Source of the DNA: Pseudomonadota bacterium
Lineage (GTDB): Bacteria; Myxococcota; JACRCW01; JAFGSX01
Direction of reading: 5' to 3'
Length of the DNA stretch: 64,000 bases
NCBI GenBank assembly: GCA_043821645.1
Contig: JBDRCO010000072.1
Coordinates: 97,069-161,068, forward strand
The position numbers and the translations under genes are program-made. This document shows positions 48,798-58,002 of the stretch, piece after piece. Numbering within the stretch: position 1 is the stretch's first letter; each line of letters begins with the position of its first letter. Below the pieces are notes generated by a model. That model was given only the letters and a program-made list of their open reading frames with translations, had not been told where the DNA came from and did not search any database.

Positions 48798-50705
48798 TCA
48801 GGGGTGCGCGTCGGCATGCTCGGGAAAGGTGAAGCGCAGGTGGCAGATCCCGTCCTCCGTTGTCACCTCGACGGTCTGGCCAGTGCTCTGGAACAACTCC
48901 AGGGCCGAGTAGTTGCCCACCGCTACCGCCCCGGTGAAACCGCGCACGTGGTTCTTTCGCGCGTTCTTGGCCAGTGCCGCCATGAAGAAGGAGCCCAGGC
49001 CTTGCGACTGGAAGTCGTCGTGAATGAGGATGCCAAGCTCGGCGTAGCCGGTGCCACGGTCGGTGTTGTAGCGGCCGGTGCCAATGATGCGCTGGCGACC
49101 GCCGGCCGCAGGCACCGTGGCCACCAGCATGAGATCGCGCGTCCCGTCGAAGCTGAGCAGCTCGCGCACGCGCTGTCGCGGCAGGGTCCGGCGCTCGGTG
49201 TTGTAGCGGCGCAGGATGGTGCGCTCGCTGAGGTCGTACCACATCTCCTGCAACGCCCGCTCATCGGTCAGGCGCGCGGCGCGCACGTGAGCCTCCTGGC
49301 CATTGCGCAGACTCACGTCGAACTCGAGCTCTCCCAGCGAGGGGTCCACTTCCACCGGATCGGGCGTATCCTGATCCAGCACGCCACGCTGCCTGGCCTC
49401 GGCAAAGAGGTCCTTGCGAAAGCGTGGGTGCGCGATCTGGATCAGGGCCAGCGCCCGCTCGCGCACGGAGCGGCCATGCAGGTCGGCCACCCCCCACTCG
49501 GTGGCCACGAAGTGCACGTCGCCGCGACTGGTGGTCACGCCTGCACCGTGCTGCAAGTAGGGCACGATGCGGCTCACGGCGCCTTTTTTGGCCGTCGATG
49601 GCAAGCAGATCACGGGGCGGCCATTGCGGGAGCGCGCAGCCCCGCGCACGAAGTCGACCTGCCCACCGAAGCCGCTGAAGAACACCGGCCCCAGCGAGTC
49701 CGCACACACCTGGCCCGTCAGGTCGACCTCGATGGCCGAGTTCACCGCCACCATGTTGTCGTGCTGCGCGATCAAGAAAGGATCGTTCACGTACTCGGTG
49801 GGGCGAAACTCACACACCGGGTTGTCGTGCACGAAGTCGTATAGCCGCTGTGTGCCCATGCAGAAGCCAGCCACGATCTTGCCCGGGTGCAGGGACTTCT
49901 TGCGGCCGGTGATGACGCCGGAGGCCACCAGGTCCACCACGCCATCCGAGAACATCTCGGTGTGGATGCCCAGGTCCTTCTTGCCGCCCAGTGCCGCCAG
50001 CACGGCGTCGGGGATCTTGCCGATGCCGGCCTGCACGGTGGCGCCGTCGGCAACCAGCGTGGCGACGTGACGGCCAATGGCGGCCGAGACGACGTCGATC
50101 TCCCCGGGGGGATACTCCGGCAAGGCCTCCTCGTGCTCGAGGACCGCAGTCAGGCGGTCGACATGCACAAAACTGTCACCATGGGTACGCGGCATGCGCG
50201 GGTTGATCTGGGCGATGACCCGGTCGGCACTCTCGACTGCGGCCTTGGCCACGTCGACGGCGATGCCGAGGGAGCAAAAGCCATGGGCGTCGGGCGGCGT
50301 GACCATGATCAGGGCCACGTCGAGTGGCACTGTGCGGCTACGAAACAGTGCCGGGACCTCGCTGAGAAAGATCGGTGTGTAGTCCGCCTGGCCACGGTTG
50401 ACCGCCTCGCGCACATTGGCGCCCACGAAGAAGGCGTTGTGGCGAAAGCGATCGGCCAGCCGTGGATCGGCCGTGGGCGCGTCACCGCGGGTCAGCAGGT
50501 GAACGATCTCGCAGTCCGCCAGGTGTTGCCCGTCGTCGACCAGGGCACGGATCAGGACCTGGGGTACGCCGCAGTTGCTGGCGATGAAGATGCGCTCACC
50601 ACGCTGGATCTTCTGGATGGCTGCGGCCGCGCTTGGCGCGCGATTCGCCTCGTAGCGCTCGCGCCAGTCGTGCTGGGACTGACCTGAGAGACCGAGCTTG
50701 CGCAT
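48798..50705 (-). CDS. Acetyl-CoA hydrolase/transferase fused to a C-terminal GNAT domain
   Basis: QAGIGKIPDAV, HTEM, EVDLTGQV, SGFGGQVDF, IAHP.FR; GNAT DDFQSQGLG. Confidence 0.92.
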   Translation of the reverse strand: MRKLGLSGQSQHDWRERYEANRAPSAAAAIQKIQRGERIFIASNCGVPQVLIRALVDDGQHLADCEIVHLLTRGDAPTADPRLADRFRHNAFFVGANVREAVNRGQADYTPIFLSEVPALFRSRTVPLDVALIMVTPPDAHGFCSLGIAVDVAKAAVESADRVIAQINPRMPRTHGDSFVHVDRLTAVLEHEEALPEYPPGEIDVVSAAIGRHVATLVADGATVQAGIGKIPDAVLAALGGKKDLGIHTEMFSDGVVDLVASGVITGRKKSLHPGKIVAGFCMGTQRLYDFVHDNPVCEFRPTEYVNDPFLIAQHDNMVAVNSAIEVDLTGQVCADSLGPVFFSGFGGQVDFVRGAARSRNGRPVICLPSTAKKGAVSRIVPYLQHGAGVTTSRGDVHFVATEWGVADLHGRSVRERALALIQIAHPRFRKDLFAEARQRGVLDQDTPDPVEVDPSLGELEFDVSLRNGQEAHVRAARLTDERALQEMWYDLSERTILRRYNTERRTLPRQRVRELLSFDGTRDLMLVATVPAAGGRQRIIGTGRYNTDRGTGYAELGILIHDDFQSQGLGSFFMAALAKNARKNHVRGFTGAVAVGNYSALELFQSTGQTVEVTTEDGICHLRFTFPEHADAHP

Positions 50706-50706
50706 G

Positions 50707-51828
50707 TCACTCCCTGAGCTTGTCGGGGTTGAGACCCCTGAGTTCGTCGAGGACGAACTGTCCGTCCTTGCGGATCAGCGTCCCGTCGAACCAGATCTCC
50801 CCCCCGCCGTACTCCGGGGTCTGGATGTGCACGAGGTCCCAATGAATCTGGGACTTGTTGCCGTTGTCGCAGTCGTCGTAGCTGTTGCCCATGGCCATGT
50901 GCAGGCTGCCCCCGATCTTCTCGTCGAACAGCGTGTCGAGCATGGGCCTGGTGATGAATGGATTGACGCCGAGGGCGAACTCGCCCACTCCCCGCGCGCC
51001 AGCGTCGCGATCCAGCACGGCCTCGACAGCGGCGGTGCTGGAGCCTGCATCGACCTTGACGATGCGCCCCTTGTCGAAGGTCAGGGCGATGGGCCCGAAG
51101 GTCTTGCCTTCGTAGATGGCTCCCGCGTTGAACGTGATGGTGCCCTGCACGCTGCCATCCACCGGCGCGGTGTAGACCTCACCGTCGGGGATGTTGAGCT
51201 TGCCGTCACACTTGATCACCGGAAGGCCCCGGATCGAGAGGCGCAGGTCCGTACCCGGCGCCTTGATCTCGACCCGATCAGTGCGCGCCATCAGCGCCTG
51301 CAGCGGGTCCATGGCGCGGGACATGCGTGCGTAGTCCATGGTGCAGACGTCGTAGTAGAAGTCCTCGAAGGCGCGCAGGGGCTGCTTGGCGAGCTGCGCC
51401 ATGGCGTGGTTGGGGTAGCGCAGCACCACCCAGCGGGTGTGCGCCACGCGCTGTTTGATGTGGACGGCGTCGAAGTAATACTTGTTGTACCAGTTCATGG
51501 CCGCCTGGGGCACGTCGCTGAGCTCGGCCACGTTGCTGGGTCCGCGCACGCCGATGTAGCAATCCATGTCCTTCATCTGGGCCAGGGCATGCTGGGTCAG
51601 GGCTGCCACCTGGGGCTCCTCGACGGAGTTTAAAAAGGCCCGCAGCACCGTGTGGTCGTGGATGTTGTGAAACACGAACACCCCCTTGCGGGCTGCCACG
51701 CGCACGATCTCCTCGACCAGAGGCAGGGTGTCCACGCCGATGGCCTCGACCAGCAGCCGCTCGCCCTTCTGGGCTGCCGTGGAGAAGTTGACCAGCAGGT
51801 CGGCGAGCTTGGTGAGACGCGGGTCCAT
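50707..51828 (-). CDS. Aminopeptidase (M29 family)
   Basis: NIPDGEVYTAP, GEFALG, LFDEKIGGSLHMAMG, SQIHWD; AAGGAGG RBS. Confidence 0.93.
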   Translation of the reverse strand: MDPRLTKLADLLVNFSTAAQKGERLLVEAIGVDTLPLVEEIVRVAARKGVFVFHNIHDHTVLRAFLNSVEEPQVAALTQHALAQMKDMDCYIGVRGPSNVAELSDVPQAAMNWYNKYYFDAVHIKQRVAHTRWVVLRYPNHAMAQLAKQPLRAFEDFYYDVCTMDYARMSRAMDPLQALMARTDRVEIKAPGTDLRLSIRGLPVIKCDGKLNIPDGEVYTAPVDGSVQGTITFNAGAIYEGKTFGPIALTFDKGRIVKVDAGSSTAAVEAVLDRDAGARGVGEFALGVNPFITRPMLDTLFDEKIGGSLHMAMGNSYDDCDNGNKSQIHWDLVHIQTPEYGGGEIWFDGTLIRKDGQFVLDELRGLNPDKLRE

Positions 51829-51985
51829 GGGGCCTCCTTGCTGCCGTTGCCGCGAGGCGCGACGACGTGGTGTATGGGTAACCCACTCGATCGCAGAGGA
51901 CAACGGGAACCGCACTCATAAAAAGACTGAATTGCGCGACCGCTCCCCGATCTCGAGGGCGGGACCTGCATCGAGCCCGTGAAGG

Positions 51986-53464
51986 CTAGTTGGTCTTGAG
52001 CTTGAACGGGAAGTTGATGGGGCCCACCGGCTTGCCATCGTAGGCGCCGAAGTGCCAGCTCTCGACGGCCTTCTTGAGGCAGGCGCCAACCGGCGCGTCC
52101 TTGTAGGGTTCGGTCATCACCTGCACCTTGCCGGTCCTCCCGGTGGGCCGGATCCAGAAGCGCACCGTGACGGTGCCGCTGGCCAGTTCGGGGTCGATGG
52201 CGTGCTGCTGCTTGGCGCACGCATCGATCTCGTCGAGGTGCCCGCGCACCACGTCCAGGATCTCCTGCTTGCCAGGCGGTGCGCTGGTCGGACAATCCAG
52301 GGGATCCGGGAACAGCACTTCATCACAACCCGCGGGACGCTGCCCGGTGCGCCGCGGCGGCGGTTTGCTGTCGCCCTCGTCGCCGGGTGAGGCAGGCGGC
52401 GGTTTCTTGACCGGCCGGTCCACATCCTTGACCGGGGGGGGGAGACCGGGCCGCTCGACTTCTGGGGCCTTGACCGCGATCGGCTTGTTCACCGCGGCCA
52501 CGGGCTGCGCGGGTGTGGGCGTCACAGCCAGGGCGATGCGTGCTGCGTCCGCACGCGTGGGCAAGGCGGCATCCGCGATGGCGGCCTGGCTCGCGTCGAC
52601 GGTGCGCAGGGACGCATCTGGTGCCGCCACCAGCGCAGCGTGTCCAGCATCCAAGGTCCCCACCATGGCGACTGCTGTCCCTACACCGGGGCCGCCAGCG
52701 ATCACCTCGCCTCCCGGGCCGCGCTGGCGTAGCAGCAGCACCAGGATCACCGCCAGCAGGCCGACGATGGCCAGCAGGCCGAGACCAAGCATCACCATCA
52801 ACCCTGTGTTGCGCCGGGGCACGAAGTCCATCTCGACGGCGTGCTGACTGATCATGCTGCTCGAGCGTTTGAGTGCGGACACAGGGCCGGTGACCGCCCC
52901 CGGGTCCGTGCGGACCAGGCCCTTGAAGTCCCCATCAAAAGCGGGTGGTGGTGCCACCTCGGGCTCCGGTGCAGACTTGGCTCGCCGGATCTCGGGCGGC
53001 TTGAGCATGTCGTCGTCGGTTGCGGCCGTCTTGCGTCGCTGCGCGGTCACGAACTCCTGCGCCGCCAGGGAGTTCAGCTCGGAGGCGGCAGGCGTCCACG
53101 GCTCGTCCTCCGACGGCGCGGTCTCCGCGGGCGCGAGGGGCAGGTCTGGCGACGCGAGCATCTTCTCGCTCGACGACTCGACGACCTTGTAGGCGGGCAC
53201 GGCCGGGTTCGAGATGCTGCGCGCTGGCTCGGCCTCGCGTCCGCCGATGCGGTAGGCGCTCGGGGCGACCTCTCGAGGCTGCGCCTGGGCCACGATCGAG
53301 CTGACCTCGTTCTCCAGCTCGCTGCGCAAATCGTCAAGAACCTGGGCACCCGCGGCAGGGAGAATCGCTCCACATCGTGTGCAGGACGCATCCAGCAGCA
53401 AACCTGCACCGGGTCGAGACTCGACCTCGTTCTCGAACCGGCAGGAGGGGCAGATGATCTTCAC
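51986..53464 (-). CDS. Zinc-ribbon / TM / AgmX-PglI C-terminal domain protein (AgmX/GltJ-like)
   Basis: CPSC...CTRC at the N-terminus, single TM, Pro-rich linker, TonB_C-like end (IDAC, GTVTVRFWI..G, GACL, INFPF). Confidence 0.8.
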   Translation of the reverse strand: MKIICPSCRFENEVESRPGAGLLLDASCTRCGAILPAAGAQVLDDLRSELENEVSSIVAQAQPREVAPSAYRIGGREAEPARSISNPAVPAYKVVESSSEKMLASPDLPLAPAETAPSEDEPWTPAASELNSLAAQEFVTAQRRKTAATDDDMLKPPEIRRAKSAPEPEVAPPPAFDGDFKGLVRTDPGAVTGPVSALKRSSSMISQHAVEMDFVPRRNTGLMVMLGLGLLAIVGLLAVILVLLLRQRGPGGEVIAGGPGVGTAVAMVGTLDAGHAALVAAPDASLRTVDASQAAIADAALPTRADAARIALAVTPTPAQPVAAVNKPIAVKAPEVERPGLPPPVKDVDRPVKKPPPASPGDEGDSKPPPRRTGQRPAGCDEVLFPDPLDCPTSAPPGKQEILDVVRGHLDEIDACAKQQHAIDPELASGTVTVRFWIRPTGRTGKVQVMTEPYKDAPVGACLKKAVESWHFGAYDGKPVGPINFPFKLKTN

Positions 53465-53534
53465 GGCGCGATCTTCCTGATCACAATCGCCCAGCTATAC
53501 CATAGCGCGCGGTCGCGTGTGCAGGTCCGAGGCG

Positions 53535-54620
53535 TCACAGTTCCTGCACCACCCCGTTGACCACCTGCAGCCGCACCACCGGCCAGCTGGCCAGATCCGG
53601 TGGCCAGGTGCCCTGTTGACCCGAGGTCAGCTGCACGCGCTCGACACCGTCAAGACCCAGGCCCGCAGCGGTCTCCAGCGTGGCGGGACCTGCCGCGCGG
53701 TACAGCCACACGCGCTGGCCAGGCGCGGCCAGCACCAAGAAATGTCCACTTTCGATCACCAGGGCGGCTTCCTCGTCGAGGCCCAGGCCAAGGACCGGTC
53801 CCTGTCCAAGCAGGGCCAGCGCCCTCGCCAGAAAGGTCAGCAGGCGACCCTCTCGGTCGCGCGCCTGGAAGTGCGTGTCGACCACGGTCGATGCGAGAAA
53901 AGGATGCGCAAAGGGCGAGCGCGACACGCTCACCACCGACGACAGAGGCGCGGCCAGGGCCTGCACGGAGTCGACACTGCCCCGCGCGGCATCGAACGCG
54001 ACCTCCCCGAGGGCCATGGCTCCAGCGCTGGTCCCGCCCATGCTCCCACCCCGTGCGCCAACCCTGGCCAGTGCCTGCTGCAGGACCGCGGGCCACGCCA
54101 CGAGGTAGTCGGACTGATCGCCGCCAGCCAGCCACAGGGCCTCGGCAGCATCGACCCGGCAGGTCACCGCCGGATCCGCCGCAGGGGTGGGCTGGGCGAG
54201 CAAGGCCGTGGTCACGCTCGCCGGAGCCGGGACGGCCCCCAGCTCTGCAAAGAAGTACGAGGTGTAGCTGTCGACGGAGCCGCTGGCCCTCAGCACCAGC
54301 ACGTCTCCTCCCACCGCACCCTCGACGAAGCTGCGCGCGGCCGCGTCGATCTCCGCGCCACCCCCCATCAGCACCAGGAGGGCTCGAGACGGGGTCTGGC
54401 TGTCCTCGTCGCTGCCGAGTCGACCCGTGGGGACTTCCGTGGGCCAGGGGTCGCAGGGAGCCGCACCCGCGTCCCCGTGCGCAGCAGCATCCTGAGCTGC
54501 GGACGCGTCGCCCGTCTGCGCCGGAGCACAGCATGCAAGCAGGAGCGAGGTACTCAGCCACCGCGCGCCGGCGAGGGCAGACCGTCCACGGATCGCGAAT
54601 CCGGGGCCGTCGCGTGCCAC
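53535..54620 (-). CDS. Cyanophycinase-like S51 peptidase, probable lipoprotein
   Basis: LMGGG, AGGDQSDY, GGTSAGA nucleophile, DTHF..RDREGRL, GLDE; LLLAC lipobox. Start uncertain (54620 or 54659). Confidence 0.85.
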   Translation of the reverse strand: MARDGPGFAIRGRSALAGARWLSTSLLLACCAPAQTGDASAAQDAAAHGDAGAAPCDPWPTEVPTGRLGSDEDSQTPSRALLVLMGGGAEIDAAARSFVEGAVGGDVLVLRASGSVDSYTSYFFAELGAVPAPASVTTALLAQPTPAADPAVTCRVDAAEALWLAGGDQSDYLVAWPAVLQQALARVGARGGSMGGTSAGAMALGEVAFDAARGSVDSVQALAAPLSSVVSVSRSPFAHPFLASTVVDTHFQARDREGRLLTFLARALALLGQGPVLGLGLDEEAALVIESGHFLVLAAPGQRVWLYRAAGPATLETAAGLGLDGVERVQLTSGQQGTWPPDLASWPVVRLQVVNGVVQEL

Positions 54621-54853
54621 CCGCGTTCGATCGCACTCGAAGGTACTGGCTTTGGGCATCGCGACCTCGTCGACGGAGCATAGCCCTGGCCCTGCCCGCA
54701 CCACAACGGCCCGGCAGACAGGCGCGAGGTCACGTGCTCGTCCCAGACCGCGCCAGTCACCGGCGGTGGAAGCACTCGCAGCTCGACCAGGTGCACCAGT
54801 CCGAAGCCGAGGAGTCCCCCGACAAGGACAAGCACCGCGATGACATGGCGCAT
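54554..54853 (-). CDS. Small membrane-anchored hypothetical protein (99 aa)
   Basis: GGGAGG RBS, N-terminal TM and an upstream sigma54 promoter; its 3' end overlaps the peptidase start. Confidence 0.45.
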   Translation of the reverse strand: MRHVIAVLVLVGGLLGFGLVHLVELRVLPPPVTGAVWDEHVTSRLSAGPLWCGQGQGYAPSTRSRCPKPVPSSAIERGWHATAPDSRSVDGLPSPARGG

Positions 54854-54940
54854 GATGGCCTCCCTGGTGGGCCGCGCAGGGCGCGCCGTCCGTGAGTCCA
54901 GCCCGCGGGCGGCGGCCTGCGTCGGTTCGATGGTGGGTAG

Positions 54941-54956
54941 AGCAGCGAGCGTGCCA
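54941..54956 (-). promoter_or_regulatory. sigma54 promoter
   Basis: TGGCACGCTCGCTGCT, a near-consensus -24/-12 element; AT-rich tract at about 55000-55022 upstream. Confidence 0.65.
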
Positions 54957-55281
54957 GCGCGATCAGGCACCGGGTGATTCGGCAAGCGTCCAGGAAGTTC
55001 TTGCAACGAATGAGTTTTATTGTCGACACGAACGCACAGCGAGGACCCGGGCGCACCGCGTGAACAGGCGCCCCAGGGGCCAGCAGTCTACGATCTGGAG
55101 CGCTCTCCTTCGATTCGCGGCACACACCGCAGGACCGCAGCGTCGCAGAAGCGCAGCGGGTGATTGCGAGCAGTCGCTGTCGCACAGTAGAGTCTTCCCG
55201 CACGCAGCTGGCGCCGAGGGGCTCGCTCTCTGGCCGGCCTTCCAGGCTCCGCGATCCAGGGTCTGGGGTGCAGGCGGAATC

Positions 55282-56313
55282 ATGTCGTCGATCAACCACC
55301 ATACCCGCGAGATCAACGTCAAGATCGTGTACTACGGCCCGGGGCTGGGCGGGAAAACCAGCTCACTGCAGTGCCTGCACCGAAATCTGCCCGACTCGCA
55401 GCGCGGCCAGCTGGTGTCGCTGGCCACCTCGGTCGACCGCACCCTGTTCTTCGACTTCTTGCCAGTCAAGTTGCCCAAGGTCCGCGACTTCAACGTGCGC
55501 ATCTCGCTGTACACGGTGCCAGGTCAGGTCCACTACAACGCCACCCGCCGGCTGGTCCTGCAGGGCTGCGACGGCGTGGTGTTCGTGGCGGACTCGCAGC
55601 GAGCCCGGCGCGAGGCCAACATCGAGAGCATCCAGAACCTCGACGACAACCTGCGCTCCCATGGCATGGACCCGGAGGTGGTCCCTGTGGTGCTGCAGTA
55701 CAACAAACGGGATCTGACCGACTTGCTGAGTTTGGAGGAGCTCGACGCGGACCTCCACTCTCAACCCGGCCAGGCCTACGGAACCTGTGCCCTGAGCGGC
55801 AAGGGGATCGCCGAGGCACTCAAGCACATCATCCGGTTGGTGCTCGGAGATCTGAAGAAGAAGGGCATCTACAAGGAACGGGACAATCCTCTCAAGGCCG
55901 AGACCAGCGGACTGCATCCGGTGGTCAGTCCAACCATCGAGTCCGCACTTGGCAGCGCCATCCTGGAGCACGAGGAGGCCGCACCACCACCTGGCCGCCG
56001 CCTGTCCCTGTCGGAGCTGTGGCCAGTGGATCCCCTGCGGGGAGAGCTCCTGGCGCTCGAAGGCGACATCGAGCGTGGTGATTACGACACGGCCGTGGCC
56101 CGTGCCCAGGGCGCCCTGCACGAGCTGCTGGGCCGGGACAGCGAGAGCAACGGCCTGGTCGAGGACTTCCTGCGGCTCGGTGTTCACCCCGGGCACTTCG
56201 ATCGCTACCGCGTGGCTGTCACCAGCAGCTCCCCGGTACGTGCAGACGCGCTCTTCGCGCTGTTTTTCTTGCTCGACGTGGGTCTGCGCCGGCATGCAGC
56301 GCGCCGAAGCTGA
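55282..56313 (+). CDS. MglA-family small GTPase with C-terminal extension
   Basis: KIVYYGPGLGGKT, DRTLFFDF, TVPGQ, VFVADSQ, NKRD. Confidence 0.9.
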   Translation: MSSINHHTREINVKIVYYGPGLGGKTSSLQCLHRNLPDSQRGQLVSLATSVDRTLFFDFLPVKLPKVRDFNVRISLYTVPGQVHYNATRRLVLQGCDGVVFVADSQRARREANIESIQNLDDNLRSHGMDPEVVPVVLQYNKRDLTDLLSLEELDADLHSQPGQAYGTCALSGKGIAEALKHIIRLVLGDLKKKGIYKERDNPLKAETSGLHPVVSPTIESALGSAILEHEEAAPPPGRRLSLSELWPVDPLRGELLALEGDIERGDYDTAVARAQGALHELLGRDSESNGLVEDFLRLGVHPGHFDRYRVAVTSSSPVRADALFALFFLLDVGLRRHAARRS

Positions 56314-56320
56314 CAGGCTT

Positions 56321-56866
56321 CTAGACCACCTCACCTGAACTCTGCAGCACAGTGGCGGGATCGATGCCCATGTCCGCCAGCACCTGCTCCCAGACTTCGG
56401 CCGCGTCGTCGGAGAACAGGTAGCGCGGCTCGAACTCACCGGCCAGCCAGGATCCCGCAGCCAGCTCGGCATCCAGCTGGCCGGGTCCCCAGCCGGCATA
56501 GCCCAGGTAGAGCCGAAATTCTCCCTGATCGCGGGTCAGCAAGCTCCGCAACACGTCCAGCGAGCCACTGATACAGGTCCCCTTGGCGATCTCGGTGTCC
56601 TCGTCGCCCGCAGGGTCGCAGTGCAGCACGAAGCCGCGGTAGACCTCGACCGGTCCACCAAAATAGGCGTGCCCCTGGGCCGCGCAGTGCTCGATGCCAT
56701 GCTGTCTGGCCACCTCGAGCAAGGGGAGCTCCAGCGGGCGGTTGATCACCAGCCCCATGGCTCCTTCCTCGTCGTGGTGCAGGAGCAGGATCACGGTGCG
56801 CGCGAAGTTTCCATCCACCAGCTGGGGCACCGCGATCAGCAGCCCGGGTGCCAGCCCATCGCCCAT
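56321..56866 (-). CDS. YqgE/AlgH family protein
   Basis: LLIAVPQL.D.NF.RTV, GAMGLVINRP, GGPV, GYAGWGPGQL; TGATG overlap with the upstream GTPase. Confidence 0.92.
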   Translation of the reverse strand: MGDGLAPGLLIAVPQLVDGNFARTVILLLHHDEEGAMGLVINRPLELPLLEVARQHGIEHCAAQGHAYFGGPVEVYRGFVLHCDPAGDEDTEIAKGTCISGSLDVLRSLLTRDQGEFRLYLGYAGWGPGQLDAELAAGSWLAGEFEPRYLFSDDAAEVWEQVLADMGIDPATVLQSSGEVV

Positions 56867-57906
56867 CAGCGAAGCTTCCGGCCGAGGATGTTCTTGATGT
56901 CCTGGTAGTCCTGCTTGACCTTGCGCAGATCGCCTTCGAGCGTGGCCACGCGCTCCACCAGCTTGTGGTGCAGCACCAGCAGGTTGGCGAACTCCTGCTG
57001 CGCCAGCCCCTGCTTGGAGGGCATGGGCACATCGGCGGCCTCGGCTCCCTCGACCACCCTGCCCACCAGATGCTCGAGGGGCGTGGCCGCGCTGGTGGGT
57101 GGGGGCACGGCTCCGGCCTCGGGCAGCGAGCGCACCCCGGAACTCTCGAAGGGGTTGGCGGGGGGCACGGGTCTGCTCATGGCCGCGGCAAAGGGGTCGA
57201 TCTTGAGTCCGGACGTGGCCGCAGGTGCCGCTGCCACGGCCGCAGGTGCGATGGGCGTGGGCTGCGCCGCAGTCGGGCTGGCTGCGGGCTTGGCGGGTGC
57301 GGACTTCGGCTTGCCCTTGGTGGCACCGTCCCGCACATGGCGGAACACGTCGAGGGTGGCATACTTGAGCGTCTCGATGACGTTGACGCCCGAATGGGCC
57401 GAGGACAGGAAGACCTTCACGCCGCGGTCGTTGAGCGCAGCGTTGAGATCCTCGGTGGGTGTGAGCTCGGGGAGGTCCTGCTTGTTGAACTGCAACACCA
57501 GCGGGATGGTGTCGTAGTCGAGGCCATTGAGGCGCAGATTGCGCTTGAGGTCCAGCAGCGCGTCGCGGTTCTGATCCAGCATGAAGCGCTGGCTGTCGGC
57601 GACAAACACCACCCCATCGGCGCCCTGCAGCACGATGCGGCGCGTCTCGGCATAGTAGGGCTGACCGGGCACCGTGAACACCCGCACCAGGAAGTTGAAA
57701 CCAGCGATTTTGCCCAGCTTGAGGGGCAAGAAGTCGAAGTAGATGGTGCGGTCTGTCTCGGTGGCCACGCTGAGCAGCTCGCTCTTCATCTGCGGCTGCA
57801 TCAGCTCGTGAACTTTTTGCAGGTTGGTGGTCTTCCCGCACATGCCCGGGCCGTAGTACACGACCTTGGCCGTGATCTCCTTGGTCGCCGGACTGAAATA
57901 CGCCAC
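56866..57906 (-). CDS. MglA-family small GTPase with Pro/Ala linker and C-terminal coiled coil
   Basis: KVVYYGPGMCGKTTNL, TETDRTIYFDF, TVPGQ, NKQD; AGGAG RBS before GTG. Confidence 0.9.
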   Translation of the reverse strand: MAYFSPATKEITAKVVYYGPGMCGKTTNLQKVHELMQPQMKSELLSVATETDRTIYFDFLPLKLGKIAGFNFLVRVFTVPGQPYYAETRRIVLQGADGVVFVADSQRFMLDQNRDALLDLKRNLRLNGLDYDTIPLVLQFNKQDLPELTPTEDLNAALNDRGVKVFLSSAHSGVNVIETLKYATLDVFRHVRDGATKGKPKSAPAKPAASPTAAQPTPIAPAAVAAAPAATSGLKIDPFAAAMSRPVPPANPFESSGVRSLPEAGAVPPPTSAATPLEHLVGRVVEGAEAADVPMPSKQGLAQQEFANLLVLHHKLVERVATLEGDLRKVKQDYQDIKNILGRKLR

Positions 57907-58002
57907 GTTGAACTCCTGGTTCGCAGTCCTGCACTATAGCTTGCCATGCTGCGGCGACCAAGAAGCCGCGCAGGGATGTTGCGCCGGGGTGCGACGCTCG
58001 AA

